A stretch of 64,000 nt of DNA from NCBI GenBank assembly GCA_035498405.1, contig DATKAE010000011.1:226-64225 (forward strand), in the 5' to 3' direction. Source of the DNA: Thermoanaerobaculia bacterium (lineage in GTDB: Bacteria; Acidobacteriota; Thermoanaerobaculia; UBA5066; Gp7-AA6). Position numbers and translations under genes: made by a program. Below, one piece after another: positions 43,240-52,576 of this stretch (the first letter of the stretch is position 1; each line of letters starts with the position of its first letter). Under the pieces are notes generated by a model. It saw nothing but the letters and a program-made list of their open reading frames with translations, did not search any database and had not been told where the DNA came from.

Positions 43240-44055
43240 GTGAGGGTTCCGAGGGTTCTGCGCGGGCTCGCCGCGGTGTCGCTGTGGTCGATTGCGGGTT
43301 CGCTCGCGTTGGAGCCGATTGCGGCCGCCGCGCCAGAAACGGTCAACGCAACCTCTCCCGACGCCCAGAGCGAGGCGCAGGAGGGCTTGCGGCTCTATCA
43401 AGCTCGCGACTTCGCCGCTGCGGAGCAGCACTTCGAACGCTCCTTGAAGCTCGACCCGGGCTCGGTCGAAACCCTCTTTCTGCTCGCTCGCACGCTCAAC
43501 ATGCGGTTTCGCCTGAGCCGGGAAGAGTCTGAGCGGTCAGAGCTGGCCCGCCGGGCCATGACCGCCTACGAGGGTGTCCTGGCCCGCGACCCCGACCGCG
43601 GCGAAGCGTACCAGGCGCTGCTCGCGCTGGCCCGCGACGCCGACGACGCGGCGGCGCTGCCGTGGCTCGAGCGGCAGGCCGGCGACGCGAGTCTCCCGCC
43701 CGGCCGCAGGGCGGACGCCCTGCAGGCGCTCGCCGCCCGCAGCCGCGCCTGCGCCGAGCGGAAGCTGCAGCAGATCTCCCAGGAGCCGGTCCTCCTCGAT
43801 TCGAGCTCCGCCGCCCGCGAGTGCGCCATGCGAGGCATGGCTTCGATACAGCAGGCGCTGCAGCTCGTCCCGCAACGCGGGTCGGCGTGGAGCGAGCAGG
43901 CCCGCCTCCTCTCCACTCTGGCGGAGGTCTGCGCTCTTCAGGGACAGCCCGAGCAAAGAGCGGCCTACGAGAAGCAGGCGGGCGAGTCACGCCGCAAGGC
44001 GGAGCAAATCCGCGTTTCCGAATCGGTTCAGGGCAAGCCACCCCGGTCGTATTGA
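43240..44055 (+). CDS. secreted TPR-like repeat protein
   Basis: A GTG 1 nt after the DUF1501 stop, a signal-like VLRGLAAVSLWSIAGSLA, and helical repeats (EAQEGLRLYQARDFAAAEQHFERSLKLDP). Confidence 0.55.
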   Translation: MRVPRVLRGLAAVSLWSIAGSLALEPIAAAAPETVNATSPDAQSEAQEGLRLYQARDFAAAEQHFERSLKLDPGSVETLFLLARTLNMRFRLSREESERSELARRAMTAYEGVLARDPDRGEAYQALLALARDADDAAALPWLERQAGDASLPPGRRADALQALAARSRACAERKLQQISQEPVLLDSSSAARECAMRGMASIQQALQLVPQRGSAWSEQARLLSTLAEVCALQGQPEQRAAYEKQAGESRRKAEQIRVSESVQGKPPRSY

Positions 44056-44086
44056 GCCGCCGGGCACTTCCAAGAGAGCGCGCCGC

Positions 44087-45253
44087 TTGTACGATCTCCT
44101 CCGAGGCATTGCAGCAGTCGGATTGGCGCTGCTCGGATTCGGTTTCGAACCGGCGTCGGCCCCGACGGCGGCCTTCACGATTGCCCCGACGAACCCCGCC
44201 GCGGGCGTCCCGATGCAGATGACCGATACATCGACCGGATCGCCGACTTCCTGGAGATGGGACTTCGGAGACGGACAGACGTCGACTTCGCCCGCCCCGA
44301 CGCACGTGTACGCCGCCGCCGGAACCTATTCCGTGAGCCTGACCGCAGCCAACGGCGGAGGACAGAGCGTGGCAACCGCAACGGTCGTCGTGTCGGAGGA
44401 GGACACGCTGCGTTTGAACGCCAGGCACAGCTTCGAGGTGACGCTCGAGGCGCGGGATCCGAGGACCGGCAACACCGGAACCGGGCGGGCCATCCCGCAA
44501 AACGACGTCTTCGGCTATTTCACCATCCCGATACTGGTTCCGACCTCGGGTCCGCTCGTTCCCGAAGTGTTCGTCAAGATCCTGGATGCCACGGCAATCG
44601 GGCAGAACTACTGGGTCTTCTGGGGAGGCCTGACCGACCTCGACTACACGCTGCGCGTGACGGAAACCTCGACGGGAGTCACGAAGGAGTACCACAATCC
44701 CGTCACCGGAAGCCCGTCCTGCCTGGGTGCCGACACGTCGGGCTTCGGAGGCTCGCCGACGGTCACGCCGTCCGGAACCTCCCCCACGGCCACGCGGACC
44801 GTGCCACCCATCTTCACGTTCACACCGAGTCTGACCCCGACTCGCAATCCCACGCCCACGCCGACGCCGACTCCGACCGCGCTGGCTACGGTCGACGTCC
44901 AATTGCAGGCTCTGTCGTGGCAGTGGGATTTCTTGTCCGGCACCGAGACATCTTCCGACCCGAACTGGCCCGGCATCAACACGATCACCCTCCGCGTGGG
45001 CCGAACCTATCGGTTCGACGTCTTCAACGGAAACCCGCTGCTCGACCCGCCTCTGTCCTCCCACACGTTCAGCGGCGTCTCCGGGATCGGGCTAAACGGC
45101 GGTGCGATGGCGCCGGGACAGCACCTCGCCACTCAGACGATCACGATCACGAGCGGAATGGTCGGCAGTTACTCCTTCATGTGCACGGACTCGGCCTGCG
45201 GCACGAGCAGCCAGCACGACCGGATGGGCGGCCGCATCATCGTATCCAACTAG
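44087..45253 (+). CDS. secreted PKD-domain protein with Pro/Thr linker and C-terminal cupredoxin-like domain
   Basis: TTG start giving (M)YDLLRGIAAVGLALLGFG. PKD motif WRWDFGDGQTS...HVYAAAGTYSVSL, a PTPTPTPTPT linker, and a C-terminal ...SSHTF...GSYSFMCTDSACGTSSQHDRMGGRIIV. Confidence 0.65.
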   Translation: MYDLLRGIAAVGLALLGFGFEPASAPTAAFTIAPTNPAAGVPMQMTDTSTGSPTSWRWDFGDGQTSTSPAPTHVYAAAGTYSVSLTAANGGGQSVATATVVVSEEDTLRLNARHSFEVTLEARDPRTGNTGTGRAIPQNDVFGYFTIPILVPTSGPLVPEVFVKILDATAIGQNYWVFWGGLTDLDYTLRVTETSTGVTKEYHNPVTGSPSCLGADTSGFGGSPTVTPSGTSPTATRTVPPIFTFTPSLTPTRNPTPTPTPTPTALATVDVQLQALSWQWDFLSGTETSSDPNWPGINTITLRVGRTYRFDVFNGNPLLDPPLSSHTFSGVSGIGLNGGAMAPGQHLATQTITITSGMVGSYSFMCTDSACGTSSQHDRMGGRIIVSN

Positions 45254-45389
45254 CCTGTCGACAATCACTTAAGCTCGAATCGGGACCGCCCAAACCATAC
45301 GACGGCTCCCGGTGCGGCACCACCAACGAGCCATTGCCGGCAGACGCCCGCCCGATAGCATTAGAGTTGGAGGTGATGCCCCGCAACGC

Positions 45390-45629
45390 ATGACGCACCC
45401 ACGCGGAAAGCGGCCATTCGTGCTCGAGTGCGCGCACTGCCAGAAGAGTCTTCTCGTCCGCGGTTATGACCTGGAAGACGCGGCGACGAGAATCCTGATT
45501 CACGGCTGGCGGGCGTTCGCGGACAACGTGCTGCACTGCGCTCGCTGCGACGGGCGCGAACGGCAGCAAGTTTGTGAGCACTGGATGCCGCAGCGCCGCC
45601 CGGGACGCTTGCGCCGACCAGTCGCCTAG
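45390..45629 (+). CDS. small Cys4 (zinc-ribbon-like) protein, hypothetical
   Basis: 79 aa from the internal ATG: MTHPRGKRPFVLECAHCQKS...VLHCARCDG (CxxC...CxxC). The ATG overlaps the stop of a 5-codon ORF that has a strong GGAGGTG site. Confidence 0.35.
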   Translation: MTHPRGKRPFVLECAHCQKSLLVRGYDLEDAATRILIHGWRAFADNVLHCARCDGRERQQVCEHWMPQRRPGRLRRPVA

Positions 45630-45861
45630 CAAGACCCCGCCCTCGGGACCCCGATGCGACGCCTGTCCGGACAGGCGGGACCGGGCGAGTCCTGACGCTT
45701 CGAACCCACTCTCGACACCACCCTCGGGCTCGCCGGCGATCCCGTGCGAGAATCGCACGACCGGCCTCGCCGGTCGCGATGCCAGACGCGCGCCGCCCTG
45801 ATGGGGATCAGCCCGAGGCCCATGCCACCACCGGGCGACGCCGGTCGAAGGATCCGCTCAC

Positions 45862-47748
45862 TTGATGCACGGCGTCCTCTTCCTCGTTCGGCATCTGACC
45901 GCGGTCGCCCTCTTGGCCGGTGCCGCCTACTTCTACGGGCGTTTGGTCGCTCGCCGGCTGCCCTTTCGAGACGGCTTCGAGCAGACCGTGATCTCGATCG
46001 CGCTCGGCCTCGGTCTCCTCGCGAGCTTGCTGAATCTGCTCGGCCTCGCGGACGCGCTCACCCGCCCCGCGGTCGCCTTGGTGATTGCAGCTCCTCTCGT
46101 CCTAAGAATCGCCGGCAGGCGCGCCTTCGAGGGGCGGCTGCTCTCCTCCTTCGACCGTACGACCCGGCTAGGAGCCATCCTGCTCGTGATGCCGATACTC
46201 GCCGCCTTGGGCCTCGCGCTCTACCCCCCCACCGCCTTCGATGCAACGCTCTACCACCTGCCCATCGCGAAGGCCTTTGCGCGTGACCACGCCATCCACT
46301 TTCTGCCGGACCTTCGATTCCCCGTGTCCCCGCAGCTCTACGAGATGCTGTACGCGGGAAGTCTCGCGCTCTCCGATGACATCACCGCGCAGCTTGCCCA
46401 TTTCCTCGCCCTGGCGCTGACCTCGGCGGCCCTGATCGCCTGGGGCAGACGCTTCGCGACGCCGCGGGCCGGAGTTTGGGCGGCCGCCGCGTGGCTCGGG
46501 AACCCCGTGGTGCTCGCTGTCGGGGGCGTCGCGATGGTCGACGTCGGTCTGGCGCTCTTCTGCACGATGGCCCTGTACGCCTGGCAAACCTGGCGCGAAG
46601 GCGGAGACGCCCGCTGGCTCGGCGCGAGCGCCGCCTTCGCGGGGCTCGCGGCCAGCACGAAGTATCTCGGCCTCTTCTTCGTCGCGGCCCTCGCGGTGGC
46701 CACCGTCTTCGCCGATCGGCCGCACGGAGGCCTGCGGCGAGCGGCCCAATATGGAGGCATCGCGCTCCTCGTCCTCGCGCCCTTCTATTGGCGAATCGTG
46801 AGCCAGACGGGCAACCCCGTCTTCCCTTACCTGTCCCGGTGGTTCGGCGACAGCGCCTGGAGCGAGTGGCTCGATCCCATTGCGGCGAACAACCCTCAGG
46901 GCGCCTCGGGCGGCTCGCTGCTCGGTTCGCGGGCTCGCAGCCTGATGGATCCTCGCGCCCTGCTCCGAGAAATCTGGACGCTCGTTGATCCCGCCGCAGG
47001 ACTCGGAGGACGGGCGATCGTCTCACCCCTGCTGCTGTTACTCCTGCCCTTCCTTTGTTGGCACGCCCTGCGCGATCCTCGGGCTCGGTTCCTTCTCATT
47101 CTCGGGCTCGGCTACGGGGCGTGTTGGTATCTCCTTTGTCCGGATGGACGATTCCTGCTCCCGATACTTCCGGCGTGGACTGCCGGCGCGGCGGCCGGAG
47201 CGGACGCGCTCTTGCGACGACGGGAAGGTGCGGGCCGGCAGCGCGCTCACGGCGAGCTCGCCACGGCTGCCCTCGCCCTATTGCTCGTGATGCCAGGGAC
47301 GGCCTGGACGGCCCGCGCGCTGCGGCGCCAGGGAAGGCTCCCCGTCACGGCGCAGCAACGCGATGCTTACCTGACCCGCTCGTTTCCCGTGTACCCGGCC
47401 CTCCAGATCCTGAACGAGGCATTTGGAAGTCACTACGCCGTCTACGTTCTCTTCCGCGAGAATGCCGCCTACTTCGCCGACGGGCGCTTTCTCGGCGACC
47501 ACTTCGGCCCGAATCGCTTCTCCCGGGTGACGGACGCCCTGGACGACCCGAGACGGCTCCTCACGGTTCTCCGGCGAATGGGCGTCACGCACTTGCTCAT
47601 CGACCGGACGGAGGGCAGCGGCGCTCGGGTCTCCCTGTCGGCTCTCGCGACGTCGTTTCGGAGGCTGCCGGCGCCGGCCGGCACGGCCCTCTTCACACTA
47701 GGGGAGGAGAAGCGGCGCTCGTCCGTCCCGTCGGCACCCCAGCCGTGA
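45862..47748 (+). CDS. polytopic membrane glycosyltransferase, GT39/ArnT-like (4-amino-arabinose/mannosyl transferase fold)
   Basis: 628 aa with more than 10 predicted TM helices in the N-terminal two thirds and a soluble C-terminal domain. Family call is by architecture and loose motif resemblance. Confidence 0.6.
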   Translation: MMHGVLFLVRHLTAVALLAGAAYFYGRLVARRLPFRDGFEQTVISIALGLGLLASLLNLLGLADALTRPAVALVIAAPLVLRIAGRRAFEGRLLSSFDRTTRLGAILLVMPILAALGLALYPPTAFDATLYHLPIAKAFARDHAIHFLPDLRFPVSPQLYEMLYAGSLALSDDITAQLAHFLALALTSAALIAWGRRFATPRAGVWAAAAWLGNPVVLAVGGVAMVDVGLALFCTMALYAWQTWREGGDARWLGASAAFAGLAASTKYLGLFFVAALAVATVFADRPHGGLRRAAQYGGIALLVLAPFYWRIVSQTGNPVFPYLSRWFGDSAWSEWLDPIAANNPQGASGGSLLGSRARSLMDPRALLREIWTLVDPAAGLGGRAIVSPLLLLLLPFLCWHALRDPRARFLLILGLGYGACWYLLCPDGRFLLPILPAWTAGAAAGADALLRRREGAGRQRAHGELATAALALLLVMPGTAWTARALRRQGRLPVTAQQRDAYLTRSFPVYPALQILNEAFGSHYAVYVLFRENAAYFADGRFLGDHFGPNRFSRVTDALDDPRRLLTVLRRMGVTHLLIDRTEGSGARVSLSALATSFRRLPAPAGTALFTLGEEKRRSSVPSAPQP

Positions 47749-47799
47749 AGCAACACGCGGGACGCCGAGGTCTCCGAAGCCCTCCCCCGCCCCGCGGGA

Positions 47800-49263
47800 C
47801 TAGCCTCGGATATCCTCCCGGCCAGGATTCCTTCGGAGGGCAAGATGCCCGAGACCGTCGTCCTCGCCACGGTCCTTCTGCTGACCGCCATCGGTCAGCG
47901 CTTCAAAATCCGGGGACCGCGGATTGGAGTCCTCGTGGTCGCCTTCGTGATGCTTGCGGTCGCTGTGTTCTGGATCGCCACTTTTCCGCGCGCCTGAAAG
48001 CCGGCAACCAGTTTCGGACAGGCGTGCCCTGCTCGGGCAACCGGCATAGCCGTTGCGCAGGATGCGGATGGGGCTCACGCGCAGCGCGCGCCAGGCCGGA
48101 ATCCCGCAGGCCATCAGGCTCGCCGCCAGGAGCAACACGGCAACCTCGGCGTAGGTCGCCGGATCGAGAGGACTCATCTCAAACAGGAGGCTCGACAGGT
48201 ACCATGTGGCGATGGCGGCTCCCGCGAGCCCCGCCGCCAGCCCGAGACCCGTCAGCGCCAGACCGTGGCGCAAGACGAGTCCGAGGACATCGCCGCGGCC
48301 GGCTCCGAGCGCCAGCCGCAGACCGATCTCGCGCGACCGCCGGCCCACCTCGTCGGAGATCACGCCGTAGCTTCCGATGATCGCCAGGAGCAAAGCGGTC
48401 GCCCCGAACAGGGCGACCAGCGTCGTTCGAAACCGCGGCTGCGCAACCGAGTCGTAAACGAACTGTGTCATGGGCTGAATGTCCGCCAGGGGCAACGAGG
48501 GGTCGAGCGCCCGGACCTCCCGGCGCAGCGCCGCGGCGAGCTCCTCCGGCCCCCCCTTCGTGCGAATGGCGATGTACGCCGCCCACCAGGGGTCCTGCTC
48601 GAAGGGTACGTACATCCCCGGTTGGCAGGGAGCTCCGATCCCGTCCCTCATGACGTCGCCTACCACTCCCACGATCTGGTGCGGAACGTTTTCCTTGAAG
48701 CCGAACACGAGCCTCTTGCCGATCGGATCCTCCTCCGGGAAATAGCGCTTCGCGAACGCGGAGGAGACGAGGCACACCCTCGGAGCGGTCGCCGCGTCCA
48801 TGGCGGAAAATAGCCGACCCTTGAGCAGCGGCACCCGGAGCACACGAAAGTACTCGGGCGTCGAGGCCGTGTAGTTCGCCGTCCGATCGTTTCCCGCCTT
48901 TTCGGTGGCCCTGCCCTCGATCGTGAAGGCGAAATTCAATCCGCCTCCGGTCAGCGGCAACGGCAGGACGGCCGCGACGGCCTCGACCCCAGGCTGCGAC
49001 TTGAGGCTCTCCACCAGCCGGCCGTAGAACCCGATCCACTGCTCGGGCTTCGAATACTGGGCCCGAGGAAGCGAAATCCCCGAGGTGAGCACGTTGGCAG
49101 GGTGGAAGCCCAAGGGCACCTCCTGCAAGCGCAGGAGGCTGCGGGTCAGCAGCCCGGCGGCGATCAGCAACACGAACGACACAGCCGTTTCCAGGACGAC
49201 CAGGAGGCTGCGCAGCCGGCGCTTGCCGCCGCCCTCGCCGGCAGTACCAAGGTGCTTCCGCAC
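47800..49263 (-). CDS. FtsX/MacB-type permease (single module resembling the second half of ADOP-type duplicated permeases) with an atypical C-terminal tail
   Basis: LLVVLETAVSFVLLIAAGLLTRSLLRLQ TM, a MacB-like periplasmic domain and three C-terminal TM helices ending ...PAWRALRVSPIRILR. About 95 further low-complexity residues follow. Confidence 0.65.
   Translation of the reverse strand: MRKHLGTAGEGGGKRRLRSLLVVLETAVSFVLLIAAGLLTRSLLRLQEVPLGFHPANVLTSGISLPRAQYSKPEQWIGFYGRLVESLKSQPGVEAVAAVLPLPLTGGGLNFAFTIEGRATEKAGNDRTANYTASTPEYFRVLRVPLLKGRLFSAMDAATAPRVCLVSSAFAKRYFPEEDPIGKRLVFGFKENVPHQIVGVVGDVMRDGIGAPCQPGMYVPFEQDPWWAAYIAIRTKGGPEELAAALRREVRALDPSLPLADIQPMTQFVYDSVAQPRFRTTLVALFGATALLLAIIGSYGVISDEVGRRSREIGLRLALGAGRGDVLGLVLRHGLALTGLGLAAGLAGAAIATWYLSSLLFEMSPLDPATYAEVAVLLLAASLMACGIPAWRALRVSPIRILRNGYAGCPSRARLSETGCRLSGARKSGDPEHSDRKHHEGDHEDSNPRSPDFEALTDGGQQKDRGEDDGLGHLALRRNPGREDIRG
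47845..47997 (+). CDS. 50-aa two-TM small membrane protein (not in the ORF track)
   Basis: GGAGGG lies 5 nt before the ATG. Translation: MPETVVLATVLLLTAIGQRFKIRGPRIGVLVVAFVMLAVAVFWIATFPRA. It lies antisense to the tail of the FtsX ORF. Confidence 0.4.
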   Translation: MPETVVLATVLLLTAIGQRFKIRGPRIGVLVVAFVMLAVAVFWIATFPRA

Positions 49264-49288
49264 GGCGCCGCAGCTCGGACCGACGGTT

Positions 49289-50626
49289 CTAGTCCTCTGG
49301 ATCCTGCCCCGTGTGGAGAGAGAGCTCGTCCGCGGTCGCGTCGAAGTGGAAGAGTTGCCCGTACCTTCCCCAGCTCACGATCGAGCGGAACAGATCCGGG
49401 ATGGCGTGGCCGGGCAGGCGTTCCGCCAAGAACGAACGAACATCCTCGCCGGGACGAACCACGTCCGGCTCCTCGGCCAGATAGCGCACGAGCGCGGCGA
49501 ATATTCCGAGCGTCAAGAGGCGCTTTCGGAAGAGCATCCGCTTCTCCGCCGGCGGCGCCGCGACCATCTCGCGGCCGAGCGGTGTCATGCGGACGATGTC
49601 CCCCGGCGTCTCCGCCAGGTTCAGCATCTCCGCCGCTTTGACCACCGAGATCGTGTGGCCGAAGTCGTAGTCCGTGACCGCGTCGAGCTCGAAGAGATCC
49701 TGCTCCCCGCCATGGTCGCTCAGGATCTCGAGCAGACCCAGCACTTCGCTCGGGCGTGCGTTGGGAACCGGCCGAATCGGACCGACCGTCGGGCGGCCTC
49801 CGGGGGAGGTCACGAGCTTCTCTTCCGGCAGGTGAATGCCCGTCACGATGTCGTGAATCTCCTCGACCATGCGGAGAAACTCGGGATGGCGGTACTCTCG
49901 GGGATGCGGGAGCGTGTTGACGATCTCTTGGCGGATCGAACCCGGGTTCGCGCCCATGATCACGATCCGGTCTCCCAGGTACACGGCCTCGTCGATCAGG
50001 TGCGTGATCATCAGGATCGAGGAGAGTGTGCTCCCCCGATCCGCCCAGAGCCGGTAGACCTCTGCCCGCAAGAGCTCGGCCGTGAGCACGTCGAGGGCCG
50101 AGAAGGGCTCGTCCATGCAGAGAAGCTCCGGCCCGCCGACGAGCGCGCGGGCGATGCCGACTCTCTGCTTCATGCCTCCCGACAGCTCCTTGGGAAAGGC
50201 CCGCTCGACGCCGGAAAGCCCGACCTGCTCAATCGCGTGACCCACCTGGAGACGGGCGTCCTCCTCGTCCAGAGGCGCGCCGTTTAGCCCCACACGCACG
50301 TTCTCTTCGACGGTGAGCCAGGGAAACAGCGCGAAGTTCTGAAAGACCACGGCGGCGCCCGCGTGTATTCCTTCAAGCGGCCTTCCGTGCGCCTTCACCG
50401 ACCCCGAGGTGGGCGGAATGAGGCCGATCAAGATCCGCAGGAGCGTCGACTTGCCGCATCCGGAGGGTCCCAGCACGGCCACCGTTTCGCCTTTGCGAAC
50501 GGCGAAGTCGATGCTCTGGAGGACGACGCGGTCTCGGCCCTCGTCGTCACGGTAGGTCTTGGTCACCCCCTCGGTTTGCGCGATCGGCGGCTCGGGCGCC
50601 GGGCGGGGCCAGTTCGATCCGCTCAT
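49289..50626 (-). CDS. ABC transporter ATP-binding protein (NitT/TauT family) with C-terminal AAA-associated domain
   Basis: Trimmed to MSGSNWPRP. GPSGCGKSTLL, LSGGMKQRV and LLCMDEPFSALD, plus about 190 extra C-terminal residues. ATGA overlap with the permease stop. Confidence 0.85.
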   Translation of the reverse strand: MSGSNWPRPAPEPPIAQTEGVTKTYRDDEGRDRVVLQSIDFAVRKGETVAVLGPSGCGKSTLLRILIGLIPPTSGSVKAHGRPLEGIHAGAAVVFQNFALFPWLTVEENVRVGLNGAPLDEEDARLQVGHAIEQVGLSGVERAFPKELSGGMKQRVGIARALVGGPELLCMDEPFSALDVLTAELLRAEVYRLWADRGSTLSSILMITHLIDEAVYLGDRIVIMGANPGSIRQEIVNTLPHPREYRHPEFLRMVEEIHDIVTGIHLPEEKLVTSPGGRPTVGPIRPVPNARPSEVLGLLEILSDHGGEQDLFELDAVTDYDFGHTISVVKAAEMLNLAETPGDIVRMTPLGREMVAAPPAEKRMLFRKRLLTLGIFAALVRYLAEEPDVVRPGEDVRSFLAERLPGHAIPDLFRSIVSWGRYGQLFHFDATADELSLHTGQDPED

Positions 50627-52383
50627 CGGTTCAGCGCGTAACGCGACTCGGCGAGCCGGTACAGGGGCCGCCACACGACCCGGTTGATCAAGATGAGGGC
50701 AAACGACATGGTCAACACGCCGGCGGCGAGCAGCGGGAAGTTCGCCGCTTGCGTCGCGCGGGTGATCGTCGATCCCAGACCGAAGGTGGCCAGGGTCTCT
50801 CCTCGGAAGTTGAGCGTCTCGGCGACGATCGAGGCGTTCCAAGCGCCTCCCGCTGCCGTGATCAGCCCGGTCACGAGGTAGGGAAACACCGCGGGAAGGA
50901 AGAGCTTCTGCCACCGCTGCATGCCCCGGACACTATAGGTATCGGCGGCCTCCTCCAGGTCGTGGGGAACCGCGCTCGCTCCCGCGAGCACGTTGAAGAG
51001 CACGTACCACTGGGCTCCGAGCAGCATGAGAACGGAGGCGACGACAGTAAAAGGCACGCGCAGAGCGAGCAGGACCCCAGTGACGAGAGGAAAGATCATC
51101 GGGGCGGGGAAGGAGGCGATCAGTTGCACCACCGGCTGGAGGCGCCGCGACCAGCTGGGCGACCGACCGATCAGGATCCCCGCCGGAACGGCCCAGACGG
51201 TCGCTAAGGCGAGAGCCCCGGCGGTCCGGAGAAACGTCGCGCCCAGCGCGGCCGCCAGCATCACCCAGTCTCGTGGCGGCAAGGAAAGGAGCAGATGCAC
51301 GAGCCGAAAGCAGCCCCAGGCGGCCCCCACCGCCGTCGCCCCTGCGACCGCCACGAGCGCCGTCTTTCGAAGCGAAGCCGCCCGGCGTTCGGCGCCCGGA
51401 TCCTCCGGTTCGCGGGCGGCCCGCGAGAGAGCGCCGCCCTCGACTCCCCTCTTGGCATGCCGCGGCCGCCGCAGGCGCCGCAGCAACGCAGACCGACGCA
51501 CGAGATCGAGAACCCAGGACTGCGGCTTCTCGGCCGAGGCCAGGTCCTCCAGCCGGAACCGCTCCGACCAGGCCACGAGCGGCTTCCAGAGGAGCTGATC
51601 CACGGCGACGATCATGACCGACATCGCCACGATGGCCCAGAGCATCGCCCTCCCGTCGCCCTTCTCGATCGCGACCGCCATGTAGGAGCCGATCCCGGGA
51701 AGCCGGAAATCGTGAGTCCCGAGAGTGAACGCCTCGTTCACCGTCAGGAAGAACCAGCCGCCGGCCATCGACATCATCGAATTCCACACCAGGCCGATCA
51801 TCGCAGAGGAGACCTCCACGGTGCCGAACGTCCGAAACCACCCGAAGCGATGGATCCGCGAAACCTCCCGCAGCTCATCCGGAATCGCGCGAAGCGATCC
51901 GTAGAAGGAGAACACCATGTTCCAGACCTGGCCCGTGAACATCATCAGGATGCAGGCGAGCTCCAACCCGATGTTGGAGCGAGGAAACAAAGCGACCATT
52001 CCCAGGACCAACCCCGGCAGAAAGCCCAGCACCGGAATCCCCTGACCGATGTCGAGCAAGGGGATCATCACCTTTTCCGCCCGGCGCGAGTGGGCGGCGA
52101 CAGTCCCGTAGACCAGCGTGAAGAGCAGGGAGAGAAGGTACGCGGCAAAACCGCGCGACAGCGAGAGCAACGTGTAGCCGGGAAGGGCCAGCGGATCGAG
52201 ATCGATCGGCGTCGCGGCGCGCATGGGCGCGCTCCAACGCTGGGCCAGGAGCACGACACCGCCCACCAGCGCGGCCAGAGCGGCGATCAAGAAGATGTCG
52301 ATCGCGAACCCGGCGGCCCCCGGGAGCGGAGCCTCCTCGGCGGCGGCCTCTCGAGCGGTCGCCCCCGGAAGAAGGATCGGCAC
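50623..52383 (-). CDS. ABC transporter permease with duplicated BPD-type transmembrane domain (NitT/TauT family)
   Basis: 586 aa containing two permease modules, each with an EAA-like loop (DELREVSRIHRFG / DLEEAADTYSVRG). GTG start. Confidence 0.8.
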   Translation of the reverse strand: MPILLPGATAREAAAEEAPLPGAAGFAIDIFLIAALAALVGGVVLLAQRWSAPMRAATPIDLDPLALPGYTLLSLSRGFAAYLLSLLFTLVYGTVAAHSRRAEKVMIPLLDIGQGIPVLGFLPGLVLGMVALFPRSNIGLELACILMMFTGQVWNMVFSFYGSLRAIPDELREVSRIHRFGWFRTFGTVEVSSAMIGLVWNSMMSMAGGWFFLTVNEAFTLGTHDFRLPGIGSYMAVAIEKGDGRAMLWAIVAMSVMIVAVDQLLWKPLVAWSERFRLEDLASAEKPQSWVLDLVRRSALLRRLRRPRHAKRGVEGGALSRAAREPEDPGAERRAASLRKTALVAVAGATAVGAAWGCFRLVHLLLSLPPRDWVMLAAALGATFLRTAGALALATVWAVPAGILIGRSPSWSRRLQPVVQLIASFPAPMIFPLVTGVLLALRVPFTVVASVLMLLGAQWYVLFNVLAGASAVPHDLEEAADTYSVRGMQRWQKLFLPAVFPYLVTGLITAAGGAWNASIVAETLNFRGETLATFGLGSTITRATQAANFPLLAAGVLTMSFALILINRVVWRPLYRLAESRYALNR

Positions 52384-52576
52384 GGCAGAAGATTATCGGG
52401 GCACCAAAGTTTCAGATGCAATATCGAAATCGACGCATCCGCATGTTCCCACGTCGCCGATCCCCTGCCCGACACAGGGATATTCTTCGAGTCATGGCGA
52501 GGGGCCCGATCGCTGAGTCCTGCTGCCCGAGCGACGGATCACGTAGAAACGCGGCGGCGGCCAGCGGGATCGCTCC

